From Bryobacterales bacterium (lineage in GTDB: Bacteria; Acidobacteriota; Terriglobia; Bryobacterales; UBA6623): 64,000 nucleotides of DNA. The DNA lies in contig OZ241997.1 in the NCBI GenBank assembly GCA_965204435.1, positions 4,899,212 through 4,963,211 of the forward strand, in the 5' to 3' direction. A program made the position numbers and the translations under genes. Below the pieces are notes generated by a model, which was given only the letters and a program-made list of their open reading frames with translations, ran no database searches and was not told the origin of the DNA. Below, one piece after another: positions 49,138-58,331 of the stretch (positions are counted from its first letter, which is position 1; every line of letters starts with the position of its first letter).

Positions 49138-51636
49138 GTGAAACACCTGTTTCTTGCAGTGCTGCTGGGCGTGGCCACCGTTGTACAGGCGGCCGACTCC
49201 CCCGGTTCGGGATTGGATCACTTCGAGAAGAAGATCCGCCCGTTGCTGGCGGAGCGCTGCTACCAGTGCCACAGCGCTCGCGCCGCGACCGTCTTCGGCG
49301 AACTCCGGCTTGACGGTGCGGCGGCCCTCGAGCGGGGCGGACGTTCGGGTCCGGCGGTGGTGCCGGGCGATCCCGAGTCCAGTCGCCTGATTCTGGCAGT
49401 GCGCCATGAGTCGGGCCTGACAGCAATGCCGCCTGACGGCAAGCTGTCGGACGCCCAGATCAACGACCTGACGGAATGGGTTCGCATCGGTGCGCCTTGG
49501 CCGCAGCGCGAGCGAAACGAACGGTCGGCGGCCGCGCAGGCCCCGGAAGGAGCTGTCGGGCACTGGGCTTGGCAGCCTTTGAGTGAGGCGCAACCTCCCT
49601 CGGTTGAGGACCCGCGATGGCCCAAGGGGGATATCGACAGATTCGTCTTGGCCAAGCAGGAAGAGAGCGGGCTCTCGCCGGTCGGAGTGGCGGACCGGCA
49701 CACCCTGCTGCGGAGATTGGCGCTGGACCTCACGGGCCTTCCTCCATCGCCCGAACAGGTTCGGGGGCTCGAGACGGAGCCTTGGCCAAGCTTCCTCGAA
49801 GCTGCGGTAGACGGTTACCTCGCCTCGCCCGCGTTCGGCGAGCGATGGGGCCGGCACTGGCTCGACCTGGCGGGCTATGCCGACACGCTGGGGCTTGGCC
49901 GGCGCATTCCCTCGCCGCATGCCTGGCGCTACCGCGATTATGTGATCGACGCGTTCAACCGCGACAAGCCGTATGACCGCTTTGTCAGGGAACAGGTTGC
50001 CGGGGACGTACTGGAATTCGAGAGCGACGCCCAGCGCCGCGAACAGATCGTGGCCACCGGGTTCCTGGCCATCGGGCCGTGGGCCTTGGTCGACCAGGAC
50101 AAGCTGCAGTTGCAGATGGACATCGTCGACAACCAGCTCGACACGCTGGGGAGGGCGATCCTTGGCGTGACGGTGGGCTGTGCCCGCTGTCATGACCATA
50201 AGTTCGATCCGTTGCCACAGCGCGATTACTACGCGTTGGCCGGTATCTTCCGCAGCACGCGAACGTTGGACGCCCGCATGTCGGGGGTCTTCAGCGATGT
50301 CCATCGCGCCCGCCTGCCCGAGACGACACAGGAGCTGCGTGAGCGGGCGGAAGCCTTGGAGCGCTGGCAAGAGGACTATGCCGCGGCTCTCTCCGAACAG
50401 CAGGCAGCCGAGGCCTTGGTGGCCGAGCTGAAGGCTGGAGTCGAGGCCGCTGCGGGCGATGAGGACAGCGCCAACGACTCTAGCGAGTTGAAGGAGAGGC
50501 TGGCGCAGGCCCGCAGGGCCGCGAATACTTCCAAGACCGAAGCGCTCCGGATCCTGCACTACGCCAAGCCGGCACCGCCGATGGCTCTGGCTTTGGCAGA
50601 CGAGCCCGAGCCTCAGAACGCTCACATCAGTCTTGGCGGGAATCCCCACAGCCTTGGCGCGGAAGTCCCCCGCGGCTTCCTCAGCTTGGTTCCGCTGCCA
50701 GCCACGCCGAAGATCGCCAACCGGCGTCTGATCGGCATCGGCTTCCAGAAGAGCAGCGGGCGGCTTGAACTGGCCCGGTGGTTGACGGATTCCGACAACC
50801 CTCTCACGGCGCGGGTCATTGCCAACCGCGTCTGGCACCACCTGTTCGGCAGGGGGATCGTCGGCAGCGTCGACAACTTCGGCTTGCTCGGCGAACGTCC
50901 GAGCCACCCGGAGCTGTTGGACTACCTCGCCTCGCGCTTGCAACGACTGGATTGGTCGGTCAAGGCGCTGATCCGGGAGATCGTGCTGTCGCGCACCTAC
51001 GCTTTGGCGGCTGAGCACGACGAGCGGGCCGCCGCTGCGGATCCCGAGAACTTGCTGCTGTGGCGATCCAACGTGCGGCGCTTGGAAGCGGAGACGATTC
51101 GCGACGCCGTGCTGGCGGTGAGCGGCTCGCTCGACTACCGCAGCGGCGGCCCCAGCCTGCCGCTGGGCTCTCGCGGGAGCCTTGTCATGGGCCAGCCGCC
51201 GCTCCTTGCGGGCAGCATGGAGCTGTCGGACTCGATTCGATTCAGGCGAACCGTCTATCTGCCCACGCTCAGGAAGTCGCAGCTCAGCGAGGTCGATCTG
51301 TTGAACTTGTTCGATTTCCCGGACCCCAACACGTTGAAGGGCAGCCGGGACGTGACAACGGTGCCTACACAGGCGCTGTACCTGATGAACTCTCCGTTCT
51401 TGATCAAGCAGTCCAAGGCTGCCGCCCGCGCGCTGCTCGCGCAGAACGCAGCCAGCGAAGAGGAGCGTGTTCGCAAATTCGTGCTGCGCGCCCTTGGCAG
51501 GCCGGCTTCGAGCGAAGATGTCGCCCACGCAACGAGCTTTCTGCGCGATACTGGAGCGGGCCTCGGTCGCGAGGAAGCGTGGGCGCGGTACTGCCATGCG
51601 GTATTCGCCTCGAACGAATTCTTGTTCCGGGGATAG
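49138..51636 (+). CDS. PSCyt + DUF1549 + DUF1553 domain protein
   Basis: 832 aa. GTG start and signal peptide MKHLFLAVLLGVATVVQA. Heme-motif region LLAERCYQCHS. DUF1549-like FGERWGRHWLDLAGYAD. GCARCHDHKFDP. DUF1553-like tail FDFPDPN...RDVTTVPTQALYLMN. Confidence 0.85.
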   Translation: MKHLFLAVLLGVATVVQAADSPGSGLDHFEKKIRPLLAERCYQCHSARAATVFGELRLDGAAALERGGRSGPAVVPGDPESSRLILAVRHESGLTAMPPDGKLSDAQINDLTEWVRIGAPWPQRERNERSAAAQAPEGAVGHWAWQPLSEAQPPSVEDPRWPKGDIDRFVLAKQEESGLSPVGVADRHTLLRRLALDLTGLPPSPEQVRGLETEPWPSFLEAAVDGYLASPAFGERWGRHWLDLAGYADTLGLGRRIPSPHAWRYRDYVIDAFNRDKPYDRFVREQVAGDVLEFESDAQRREQIVATGFLAIGPWALVDQDKLQLQMDIVDNQLDTLGRAILGVTVGCARCHDHKFDPLPQRDYYALAGIFRSTRTLDARMSGVFSDVHRARLPETTQELRERAEALERWQEDYAAALSEQQAAEALVAELKAGVEAAAGDEDSANDSSELKERLAQARRAANTSKTEALRILHYAKPAPPMALALADEPEPQNAHISLGGNPHSLGAEVPRGFLSLVPLPATPKIANRRLIGIGFQKSSGRLELARWLTDSDNPLTARVIANRVWHHLFGRGIVGSVDNFGLLGERPSHPELLDYLASRLQRLDWSVKALIREIVLSRTYALAAEHDERAAAADPENLLLWRSNVRRLEAETIRDAVLAVSGSLDYRSGGPSLPLGSRGSLVMGQPPLLAGSMELSDSIRFRRTVYLPTLRKSQLSEVDLLNLFDFPDPNTLKGSRDVTTVPTQALYLMNSPFLIKQSKAAARALLAQNAASEEERVRKFVLRALGRPASSEDVAHATSFLRDTGAGLGREEAWARYCHAVFASNEFLFRG

Positions 51637-51654
51637 TCTCCGAAGGTGCTAGAG

Positions 51655-53073
51655 ATGGATCGACGCGAATGGCTCAAGTCGTGGGGATGCGGATTCGGCG
51701 CGCTCGCATTGCAAGCCATGCTCGCGGAGCAAGCGGTCGCCAAGACCGACCCGCTAGCCCCGAAGCCGCCGCACCACCCGCCGCGGGCAAAACGGGTGAT
51801 CTTCCTCTGGATGCAGGGCGGGCCTTCCCAAGTTGACCTGTTCGACTACAAGCCAAAGCTGGCCGAACTCGACGGGGAGGTGCTGCCGTACTCGATGCCG
51901 TCCAACCGGGCCATGCCCGGCGTCGCCTACTCGAAGTTGATGGGCCCGATCGCTGAGTTCGCGCCGGCAGGGCAGTCTGGCATGCAGGTCTCAGACTTGC
52001 TGCCGCACCTCAGCCGGCACGTGGACGACATCTGCTTGCTGAAGGCCATGGAAGCTGACAGCGAAGCGCATGCGCCGGCCGTGCGGCAATTGCACACGGG
52101 CGCGACACAGCTTGTGCGGCCTTCGATCGGCTCGTGGGTGGCGTACGGGCTGGGCACCGAGAACCGCAATCTCCCAGCCTTCGTCACGATCGCGCCGAAC
52201 ATCGCGGGCGATGGCGGCAGCGTTCAACTCTACGGGAACGCCTTCTTGCCAGCCGTGTATCAAGGGACTGCGCTGGGGAACTCGGCGACGGGTGCTAGGG
52301 GCGCAACCATCGGCTATCTTGACGATCCGTCGATGGGGGACGCGAGCAAGCGTCGTCAATTGGACCTGATTCAAGACATGAACCGCTCGCATCTCGAGCG
52401 GCACCCCGCGGACCGGCGTCTTGAGGGAGCTATCGAATCGTTCGAACTTGCCTTCCGCATGCAGGCGGAGGTGCCTGCCCTGCTGGACCTCGCCGGCGAG
52501 TCACAGGCTACGCGGGAACTTTACGGAATCGGAGACAAGCCTACCGACGATTTCGGCCGGCAGTGCTTGCTGGCGCGGCGATTCGCCGAGGCGGGCGTGC
52601 GGTTCATCCAGATCACCTCGAACGGGTGGGACAGCCATGCAAACATCCGGAGCGCCCACCCCGACAAGTGCCTCTCAGTCGACCGGCCCATTTCGGCCCT
52701 GATCCAAGACCTCAAGCATCGGGGGCTCTTCGAAGACACGTTGCTCGTGTGGTCGGGCGAGTTCGGGCGCACCCCGCACTACCAAGACCTCCAAGACGGC
52801 GCCGGCAATCCTGACACGTACGGGCGAGGGCACAACCCGTATGGCTTCTGCGCGTGGCTTGCTGGCGGCGGAGTGCGCGGGGGAATGACCTTCGGCGAGC
52901 TTGACGACTTCGGATTTCGAGCGGTTTCTGACAAGGTTCACATACACGACCTGCATGCGACGATCCTGCATCTGCTCGGCCTCGACCATGAGCGCCTCAC
53001 GTATCCGTACAGTGGCCGCGAGTTCCGCCTGACGGACGTCTACGGGCGCGTCGTCAACGAAATCCTCGCCTGA
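51655..53073 (+). CDS. DUF1501 (sulfatase-fold) protein with a twin-arginine signal
   Basis: MDRREWLKSWGCGFGALALQAML is a Tat motif. VIFLWMQGGPSQVDLFD, GWDSH and GEFGRTP are typical of DUF1501. It sits immediately downstream of its usual DUF1549/1553 partner. Confidence 0.85.
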   Translation: MDRREWLKSWGCGFGALALQAMLAEQAVAKTDPLAPKPPHHPPRAKRVIFLWMQGGPSQVDLFDYKPKLAELDGEVLPYSMPSNRAMPGVAYSKLMGPIAEFAPAGQSGMQVSDLLPHLSRHVDDICLLKAMEADSEAHAPAVRQLHTGATQLVRPSIGSWVAYGLGTENRNLPAFVTIAPNIAGDGGSVQLYGNAFLPAVYQGTALGNSATGARGATIGYLDDPSMGDASKRRQLDLIQDMNRSHLERHPADRRLEGAIESFELAFRMQAEVPALLDLAGESQATRELYGIGDKPTDDFGRQCLLARRFAEAGVRFIQITSNGWDSHANIRSAHPDKCLSVDRPISALIQDLKHRGLFEDTLLVWSGEFGRTPHYQDLQDGAGNPDTYGRGHNPYGFCAWLAGGGVRGGMTFGELDDFGFRAVSDKVHIHDLHATILHLLGLDHERLTYPYSGREFRLTDVYGRVVNEILA

Positions 53074-53585
53074 TAGGGCCCACTCCTGATCGCCGGAGCG
53101 CCGGCGCATTGAACCTCGTGTGCAGCCACTCGAGCGCCTGCTGTTGGTCTGCAACTGGCGCTCGCTCGATTGCCCGCATGGCCTTCGGCAGAGAGGCTTT
53201 CGGAATGCATCACGGTCTCAGAGAGTATTTCCCTGACCAGCTCTGTCCCTAGCGCGGCACCCGGCGTATCGCGTCCATCGTGGACTCCCGCCGTTGCTGT
53301 CTCAGGCACCCGTGTCCACCTCCCAGCCCGCCGTAGGACGTTGTCGCAAGGAACCGGCGGACAACCGGCGACAGGAGCCCTGTGGGTACGGCCTTCGGGT
53401 GCGCGTAGTGCGTCGTTAGGAGGAGACGGGGGTTGCCAGGAGGACATTCTCAGGCCGACTAAGGTCGTGAATGATGTATATACACACATGCAACTGGACT
53501 GCCCGCGATGCTTCGCGAGGCACGAGCAGCGCCAGCGGGCCGCGCACGAAGCGCGCGTGGCCGGATTGACCGATTCAGGAGCAGG

Positions 53586-53825
53586 ATGATGGCATCGAAA
53601 CGATTGCAGCTGCTGATTCCCGAAGCGATGGAGATCCGCCTCCGAAGGGCCGCCGAACGAGACCGGGTTTCCAGAGGCGCGTGGGTGCGCCAAGCGATCG
53701 ATGAACGGCTTGAACGGGTGGTCGGGCCGGTCCCCGAAGATCTGTTGGCGGAGCTGCGGAGGGTGAACGGTCCTACCTCCGACATCGGCACGATGATCGG
53801 CGAGATCGAGGCCGGCCGCTCGTGA
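53586..53825 (+). CDS. ribbon-helix-helix (CopG-type) antitoxin
   Basis: ATG at 53586 follows AGGAGCAGG. MMASKRLQLLIPEAMEIRLRRAAERDRVSRGAWVRQAIDERL. The stop overlaps the PIN gene start (GTGA). Confidence 0.7.
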   Translation: MMASKRLQLLIPEAMEIRLRRAAERDRVSRGAWVRQAIDERLERVVGPVPEDLLAELRRVNGPTSDIGTMIGEIEAGRS

Positions 53826-54225
53826 AGGTCTTTGTTGAATCGGACATTCCGATGTACGTCGCCGGGGCGGATCACCCGAACCGCGGTCCGGCCACGCGGT
53901 TCCTAGAGACCGCGGGTGACGCGGGGTACGAGTTGTGCACCAGCGCGGAAGTTCTGCAGGAGATCCTGTATCGGTACACGGCGCTGGGCAGGGCCGACTA
54001 GCCGACCGGGTGTACGACCTGTTCGTCGGGCTCGCGCCCACGGTCTTCAGCGTCACACTGGCGGATACGGACCTAGCGAAGCGGATTCTGCTGTCCACGC
54101 AGGGACTGTCCGCCCACGACGCCGTCCATGCGGGGATGATGCTGAATCGCGACGTGAGCTGGCTCGCGACATTCGACCAAGGGTTCGACCGGGTGGAGGG
54201 GGTCAACCGCGTCGAACTGCGGTAG
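53822..54225 (+). pseudogene. vapC: PIN-domain toxin gene (vapC-type) broken by an 8-bp insertion
   Basis: Frame 1 from GTG 53822 reads VKVFVESDIPMYVAGADHPNR...SAEVLQEILYRYTALGRAD, with a stop at 53999-54001. Frame +2 continues RVYDLFVGLAPTV...SAHDAVHAGMM...ATFDQGFD to 54225. The junction reads gccgac-ta-gccgac. Confidence 0.8.
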
Positions 54226-54293
54226 GGGCGCCCAATCGCCCTCGCGGGGCGAGCATGCCGACTCGCGCGTGCCGCCCCCATGTCGCGCATGAA

Positions 54294-55466
54294 CTAGGCC
54301 TCTTTCAGCCCACCGTCCTGATCAACTGTTACGGGGCGCACTGGCCTCAATGGAATCGTGGGGTGATAGCGCGCGTGACGACGCTCGCCGGTTCGCTGTA
54401 GCGCACCTTTGGCGACCATGTCGCCAAGGTCTCTCGTCGCCGTTGCGGGCGGGGCTCTCGTGATGGTCATGTAGTTTCCGGCGCTCAGTCCGCCGGCGAA
54501 CCCTTCCGGTCCTTCCCGCAACATCCGTGACAGCGCTTTCTCCTGTCGGGCATTGAGCCCGTCGCGGAGGCGGTCAAGCAGCTTTGTCTTGTCGACTGCG
54601 AATTCGATACGGGCTAGGGTGCGACGCTGGGCTTCGATCGTGATGCCGGCAAACCACGCGATCCAAGAAGTTATTGCGTTGTCCCTGGTGGCCGCCTGCA
54701 AGGCTGCGTAGTAAGCCTTGCGCCGCAGCAGCATCGTAGCGGCCAATGCTGTCAGCGTCGGTTGTCCTATGCATTGCGATAGAGCCTTCTCGCAGATCGC
54801 CCGGCCGATCCGGCCGTTGCCGTCTTCGAAAGGGTGAACTGACTCGAAGTACAGGTGCGCGACCGCAGCCCGCGTCAATCCGGCGAGCGAATCGGTGCCG
54901 TCGGGAGCAGCGCGGTTGAACCAAGCGATGAACCGCTCCATCTGCTCGGGTACCGCTGCAGAAGACGGCGCCTCAAAGTGCACCTTCGGCAGATGAATCG
55001 TGCCGGAAACGATTTGCATGGCTTCATCGCTCGTTCGATAGCGACCGACATCCCTCAGACTCCGCGTGCCGCCCAGCAGGACGCCGTGCCAGCGGAAGAG
55101 CATCTCGTGCGAAAGCGGTTCAGCGAACGAGCGATAGAGATCCACCATCATCTCGGCGATACCTTGCTCCGCAAGCGTCGCCCGCCGCTCGTCGGTTGCC
55201 AAGCCGAGCTGTTTCCGGATCGAGGACCGAACGCTTGCCCGATCCAAGATCTCCCCCTCGATCTCGGACGTGGTTAAGGCTTCGGAGCTGATCGCCTCGA
55301 TCGTGAGCAGTTCACGGTCAGTCTCGTCCAAGTGCGTGAGCGTGCCCTGCAGCACGCCGCTGCCGACGAGGAACACCTCCTCCGCTTTCTTGAAGCGATC
55401 CCGGTCCCAGGAAAAGTTAGGCCAGTCCGGTCGTTGCCAGTTCCACGTCACGAGCGAAAGAAACAC
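54294..55466 (-). CDS. Fic family protein (DUF4172/Fic_N + Fic, intact motif)
   Basis: 390 aa. N-terminus WNWQRPDWPNFSWD. SSEALTTSEIEGE. Catalytic motif HPFEDGNGRIGRAI. C-terminal wHTH-like region. Confidence 0.9.
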   Translation of the reverse strand: MFLSLVTWNWQRPDWPNFSWDRDRFKKAEEVFLVGSGVLQGTLTHLDETDRELLTIEAISSEALTTSEIEGEILDRASVRSSIRKQLGLATDERRATLAEQGIAEMMVDLYRSFAEPLSHEMLFRWHGVLLGGTRSLRDVGRYRTSDEAMQIVSGTIHLPKVHFEAPSSAAVPEQMERFIAWFNRAAPDGTDSLAGLTRAAVAHLYFESVHPFEDGNGRIGRAICEKALSQCIGQPTLTALAATMLLRRKAYYAALQAATRDNAITSWIAWFAGITIEAQRRTLARIEFAVDKTKLLDRLRDGLNARQEKALSRMLREGPEGFAGGLSAGNYMTITRAPPATATRDLGDMVAKGALQRTGERRHARYHPTIPLRPVRPVTVDQDGGLKEA

Positions 55467-55583
55467 ATTCTATCGATCATGATACAGCACTATTTGATTA
55501 ATAGGGGCTGGTTCCATCCATCACACGGCTCCATCCTCCATGTCGTAGGGTTCAGTCTGCGGAAGTGGCCGCGTTCGGCCAGC

Positions 55584-56435
55584 CTATGTGAGATCAGCGG
55601 CAACCGTCAGATCGTTGCCGATGATCGAGGGGCACCAGTACCGTTCGATGTGCTCGATAACGAGCTCAGTGCCGCGCTCGTGGCTCACGTACGGCGGATC
55701 CCGCGGGTCGTACATCGAGTCCGTGAGGTCCCGCGCCAGCACGACGTTCTTGCCAAGCCGGACCTGCTGCCGAATGCCGAAGGGGCGGCCTAGGACGCAG
55801 AGATTCGTGTGGACGCCCATCAGCACCACGTTCGCAATCCCATTTAGGGCGAAGTAGTTGAAGATCTCCTGCCCGTGGTCGCTGATGCCGTCCTCGTCCG
55901 CCATGGCGAGGTCGGGGTGCTGACGGTGATAGACGCGTTTGGGCTCGCTCGGGAACTCGTCGTCGCAGGGGTTTGCGTCTTGGATTGGCAGAGCGCCTTC
56001 CGACGCCGGGTCGAGGTGGCACCACTTGGCGATCGGGACCGGTGGTTCGGCGTGCGGCGCAGCCTGCATGCGCTCGCGCTGGGGAGTTCCGGCGTAGAAG
56101 TCCATCGTTCCGCTGGGCGCATGGACGATAGCCACGCCGAGTTCGCGGGCACTTCGGAGGACGCGGTTCATTTCCGGGATCATGGCTTCGAGCCGAGATA
56201 CCGAGCTGACGCAGTAGTGGTCGTCCCACATGTCGCAGATGACAATCGCCGTTTCGGACGCCTTCCAGAGCACCGGCTTCTCCAGTGACTCGACCACGCC
56301 CTCGCGCTCAACCCGAGAGCGGGCGTTGAGGCGTAGCGCTGCACCCCGTTCGGATGGTCGGCGCACCAGTCTCTGGGCCGCGGCGATCACCGCAACTCCA
56401 CCCGCACTTGCCAGAAGAGCTTGTCGACGTGTCAT
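55584..56435 (-). CDS. isochorismatase-family (cysteine hydrolase-like) protein with a Tat-type signal
   Basis: ATG at 56435 inside ORF 55584-56552. MTRRQALLASAGGVAVIAAA. AIVICDMWDDHY and NVVLMGVHTNLCVLGRP resemble isochorismatase-fold motifs. Confidence 0.55.
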   Translation of the reverse strand: MTRRQALLASAGGVAVIAAAQRLVRRPSERGAALRLNARSRVEREGVVESLEKPVLWKASETAIVICDMWDDHYCVSSVSRLEAMIPEMNRVLRSARELGVAIVHAPSGTMDFYAGTPQRERMQAAPHAEPPVPIAKWCHLDPASEGALPIQDANPCDDEFPSEPKRVYHRQHPDLAMADEDGISDHGQEIFNYFALNGIANVVLMGVHTNLCVLGRPFGIRQQVRLGKNVVLARDLTDSMYDPRDPPYVSHERGTELVIEHIERYWCPSIIGNDLTVAADLT

Positions 56436-56619
56436 GTCCGTTTCCCAGTCGCGGCCCCATTCTATCTCCGCATGCTCGGCCGCGTTCGCTCCGGCCCGCG
56501 TCGGAATTCGATGATCTGCTGGTCGGAACTCATTCCCGCGACGGCCTCGCACCTCTCCGGCTGGTGCGTTCCATCGCGGTTTGCGCGCCTCTTGCGGGAC
56601 CGAGACCCGTCAGGCGCAC

Positions 56620-58017
56620 TCACTCGGCGGCCAGCGACGCGCATACGATCTCTTCGTCGTTGCGTGCAAAGACGCTCCTGCCAGCGTAGGCCGGATGGGA
56701 CCAGTTCACAGCCCCGAGCTCCCGGCGGGCAGCTGGCGTCGATGTCGGCCGGATCAGGTCCGCCCTGCTGATCTCGGAGTAGCCGGACGGAGCCATGCGA
56801 GCGATGATCAGCTCGCCACGGTCGTTGCTGATGAAATACCGGTCGCCGTTGCGGACCATGAACGCCGACGCGTTGCGAGCCTTCTCGCGCGTCACGGCTT
56901 GGGTTTCCCAGACGCGCTCGCCGGTGGAGAGGCGCAGGCATCGGAGCTGTCCGTAGCTGCAGATCCCGTAGATGTAGTCACCTTCGATCACCGGGGAGTT
57001 CATCAAGGCGTGCAGGCCGTCCGTTTCGACTCCACTGTCGCTTCCGCCCTGCCATAGCAGCTCGGCATCCGCACTTCCCAGGCGGAAGAGGCGGGAACCG
57101 TTGAAGAACGCGGAAACGAGCAGATGCGGCCTGCGCCAAGCGGGAGTCGCAATCGGTGTCTCCATGCGAGTGCGGAACAGCTTTTCCCAGATCACCGTGC
57201 CTCTCGCAGGGTCGATCGCGGCCAGGCCTCCGGCGTGCCAGACGATCAGTAGCGGCCGGTCTTCGTGATGCAAGAGGATCGGTTGCGAGTAGCCCGGACC
57301 GGAACGCTCGGACGAAAGCGCCCGCCAGACCTCCTCGCCCGAATACTTGTCGAGCGCGACGACCTTGGCGTCGGGCCGCCCGTACGCGACGGCGATCAGC
57401 AGGTCCCCGTGCACAAGCGGTGCCGACGCCATTCCCCACGGCGGCAGCTCGGTGCCGAAGTCCCATGGGAAGCTGCGTTCCCAAAGCACGGAACCGTCGA
57501 GCACCCGCGCACAGACCAGTCGGCCAGTCGCCCCCAATGCGTATACGCGGTCGCCGTCGACAGTGGGCGTCGCTCGCGGCCCGGCGGCGTATTCGATGCC
57601 CGCGTAGTTGACCGGCCAGCGGCGTGACCAAAGCGGCATCCCAGTCAATTGGTCGAGCGCGACCAAGGCCTCGTGGCCCTCCAAGCCCCTGCTTGGACGG
57701 AAGTCTGCAACGAAGACGCGCCCGGCGGACACCGCGGGTCCCGCATAGCCAGAACCCACAGGGGATTTCCACGTCAAGGTGAGCGTCTGGCCGGAAAACC
57801 GATCCACGATGCCGGTTTCGTTCCACACGCCGCGCCGTCCCGCTCCTCGCCACTCGGGCCAGTCATCGGGCAGCAGCAGTCCGGGAGCCGAGAGCCACCC
57901 CGCAAACAGCGCGGTGCGCGCGACGATGCCTGTGAGTCTCACCGGAGCCAGGACTGGCGTCTCAAGGCCGTTCGAAAGGGTCGCCGAAGGCGGACGGCCT
58001 CCTCGTACGCGTCCCAC
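56620..58017 (-). CDS. PQQ-like beta-propeller repeat protein
   Basis: 465 aa. DWPEWRGAGRRGVWNE, repeated G-x-V-[FY]-[AV] blades (AGRVFVADF, GDRVYALGATGRLVCA, GDLLIAVAY, GDYIYGICSYGQLRCL) and AYAGRSVFARND. Confidence 0.7.
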   Translation of the reverse strand: MGRVRGGRPPSATLSNGLETPVLAPVRLTGIVARTALFAGWLSAPGLLLPDDWPEWRGAGRRGVWNETGIVDRFSGQTLTLTWKSPVGSGYAGPAVSAGRVFVADFRPSRGLEGHEALVALDQLTGMPLWSRRWPVNYAGIEYAAGPRATPTVDGDRVYALGATGRLVCARVLDGSVLWERSFPWDFGTELPPWGMASAPLVHGDLLIAVAYGRPDAKVVALDKYSGEEVWRALSSERSGPGYSQPILLHHEDRPLLIVWHAGGLAAIDPARGTVIWEKLFRTRMETPIATPAWRRPHLLVSAFFNGSRLFRLGSADAELLWQGGSDSGVETDGLHALMNSPVIEGDYIYGICSYGQLRCLRLSTGERVWETQAVTREKARNASAFMVRNGDRYFISNDRGELIIARMAPSGYSEISRADLIRPTSTPAARRELGAVNWSHPAYAGRSVFARNDEEIVCASLAAE

Positions 58018-58331
58018 TCCGGTCCTGCATGGTATGCCGTCTTCACGCCGACGATGATGTCGCGGTGATCCTTCGCTAGGTCGGCGGTCGGGCCTGCCTG
58101 CATGTCGCTCAAGTTCCGCTCGAAGTCCCCGCCCCTCATTCCGCTGCCGACGATACTCGGTGCGGACTTACATGCGGAGGCCGATTTCGCGAGGGTGAGG
58201 CACCGATTGGGCTGTTGTGCCCTGGCACGCTCCAGCGTCGAGGACCTTGCCGTGAACCCACTTGACTGTCGAAGCTGGGCCTCAAATAGACAGGACTCGG
58301 CTCGAAACCGCGATGTCTCGCATGGGCCTCG

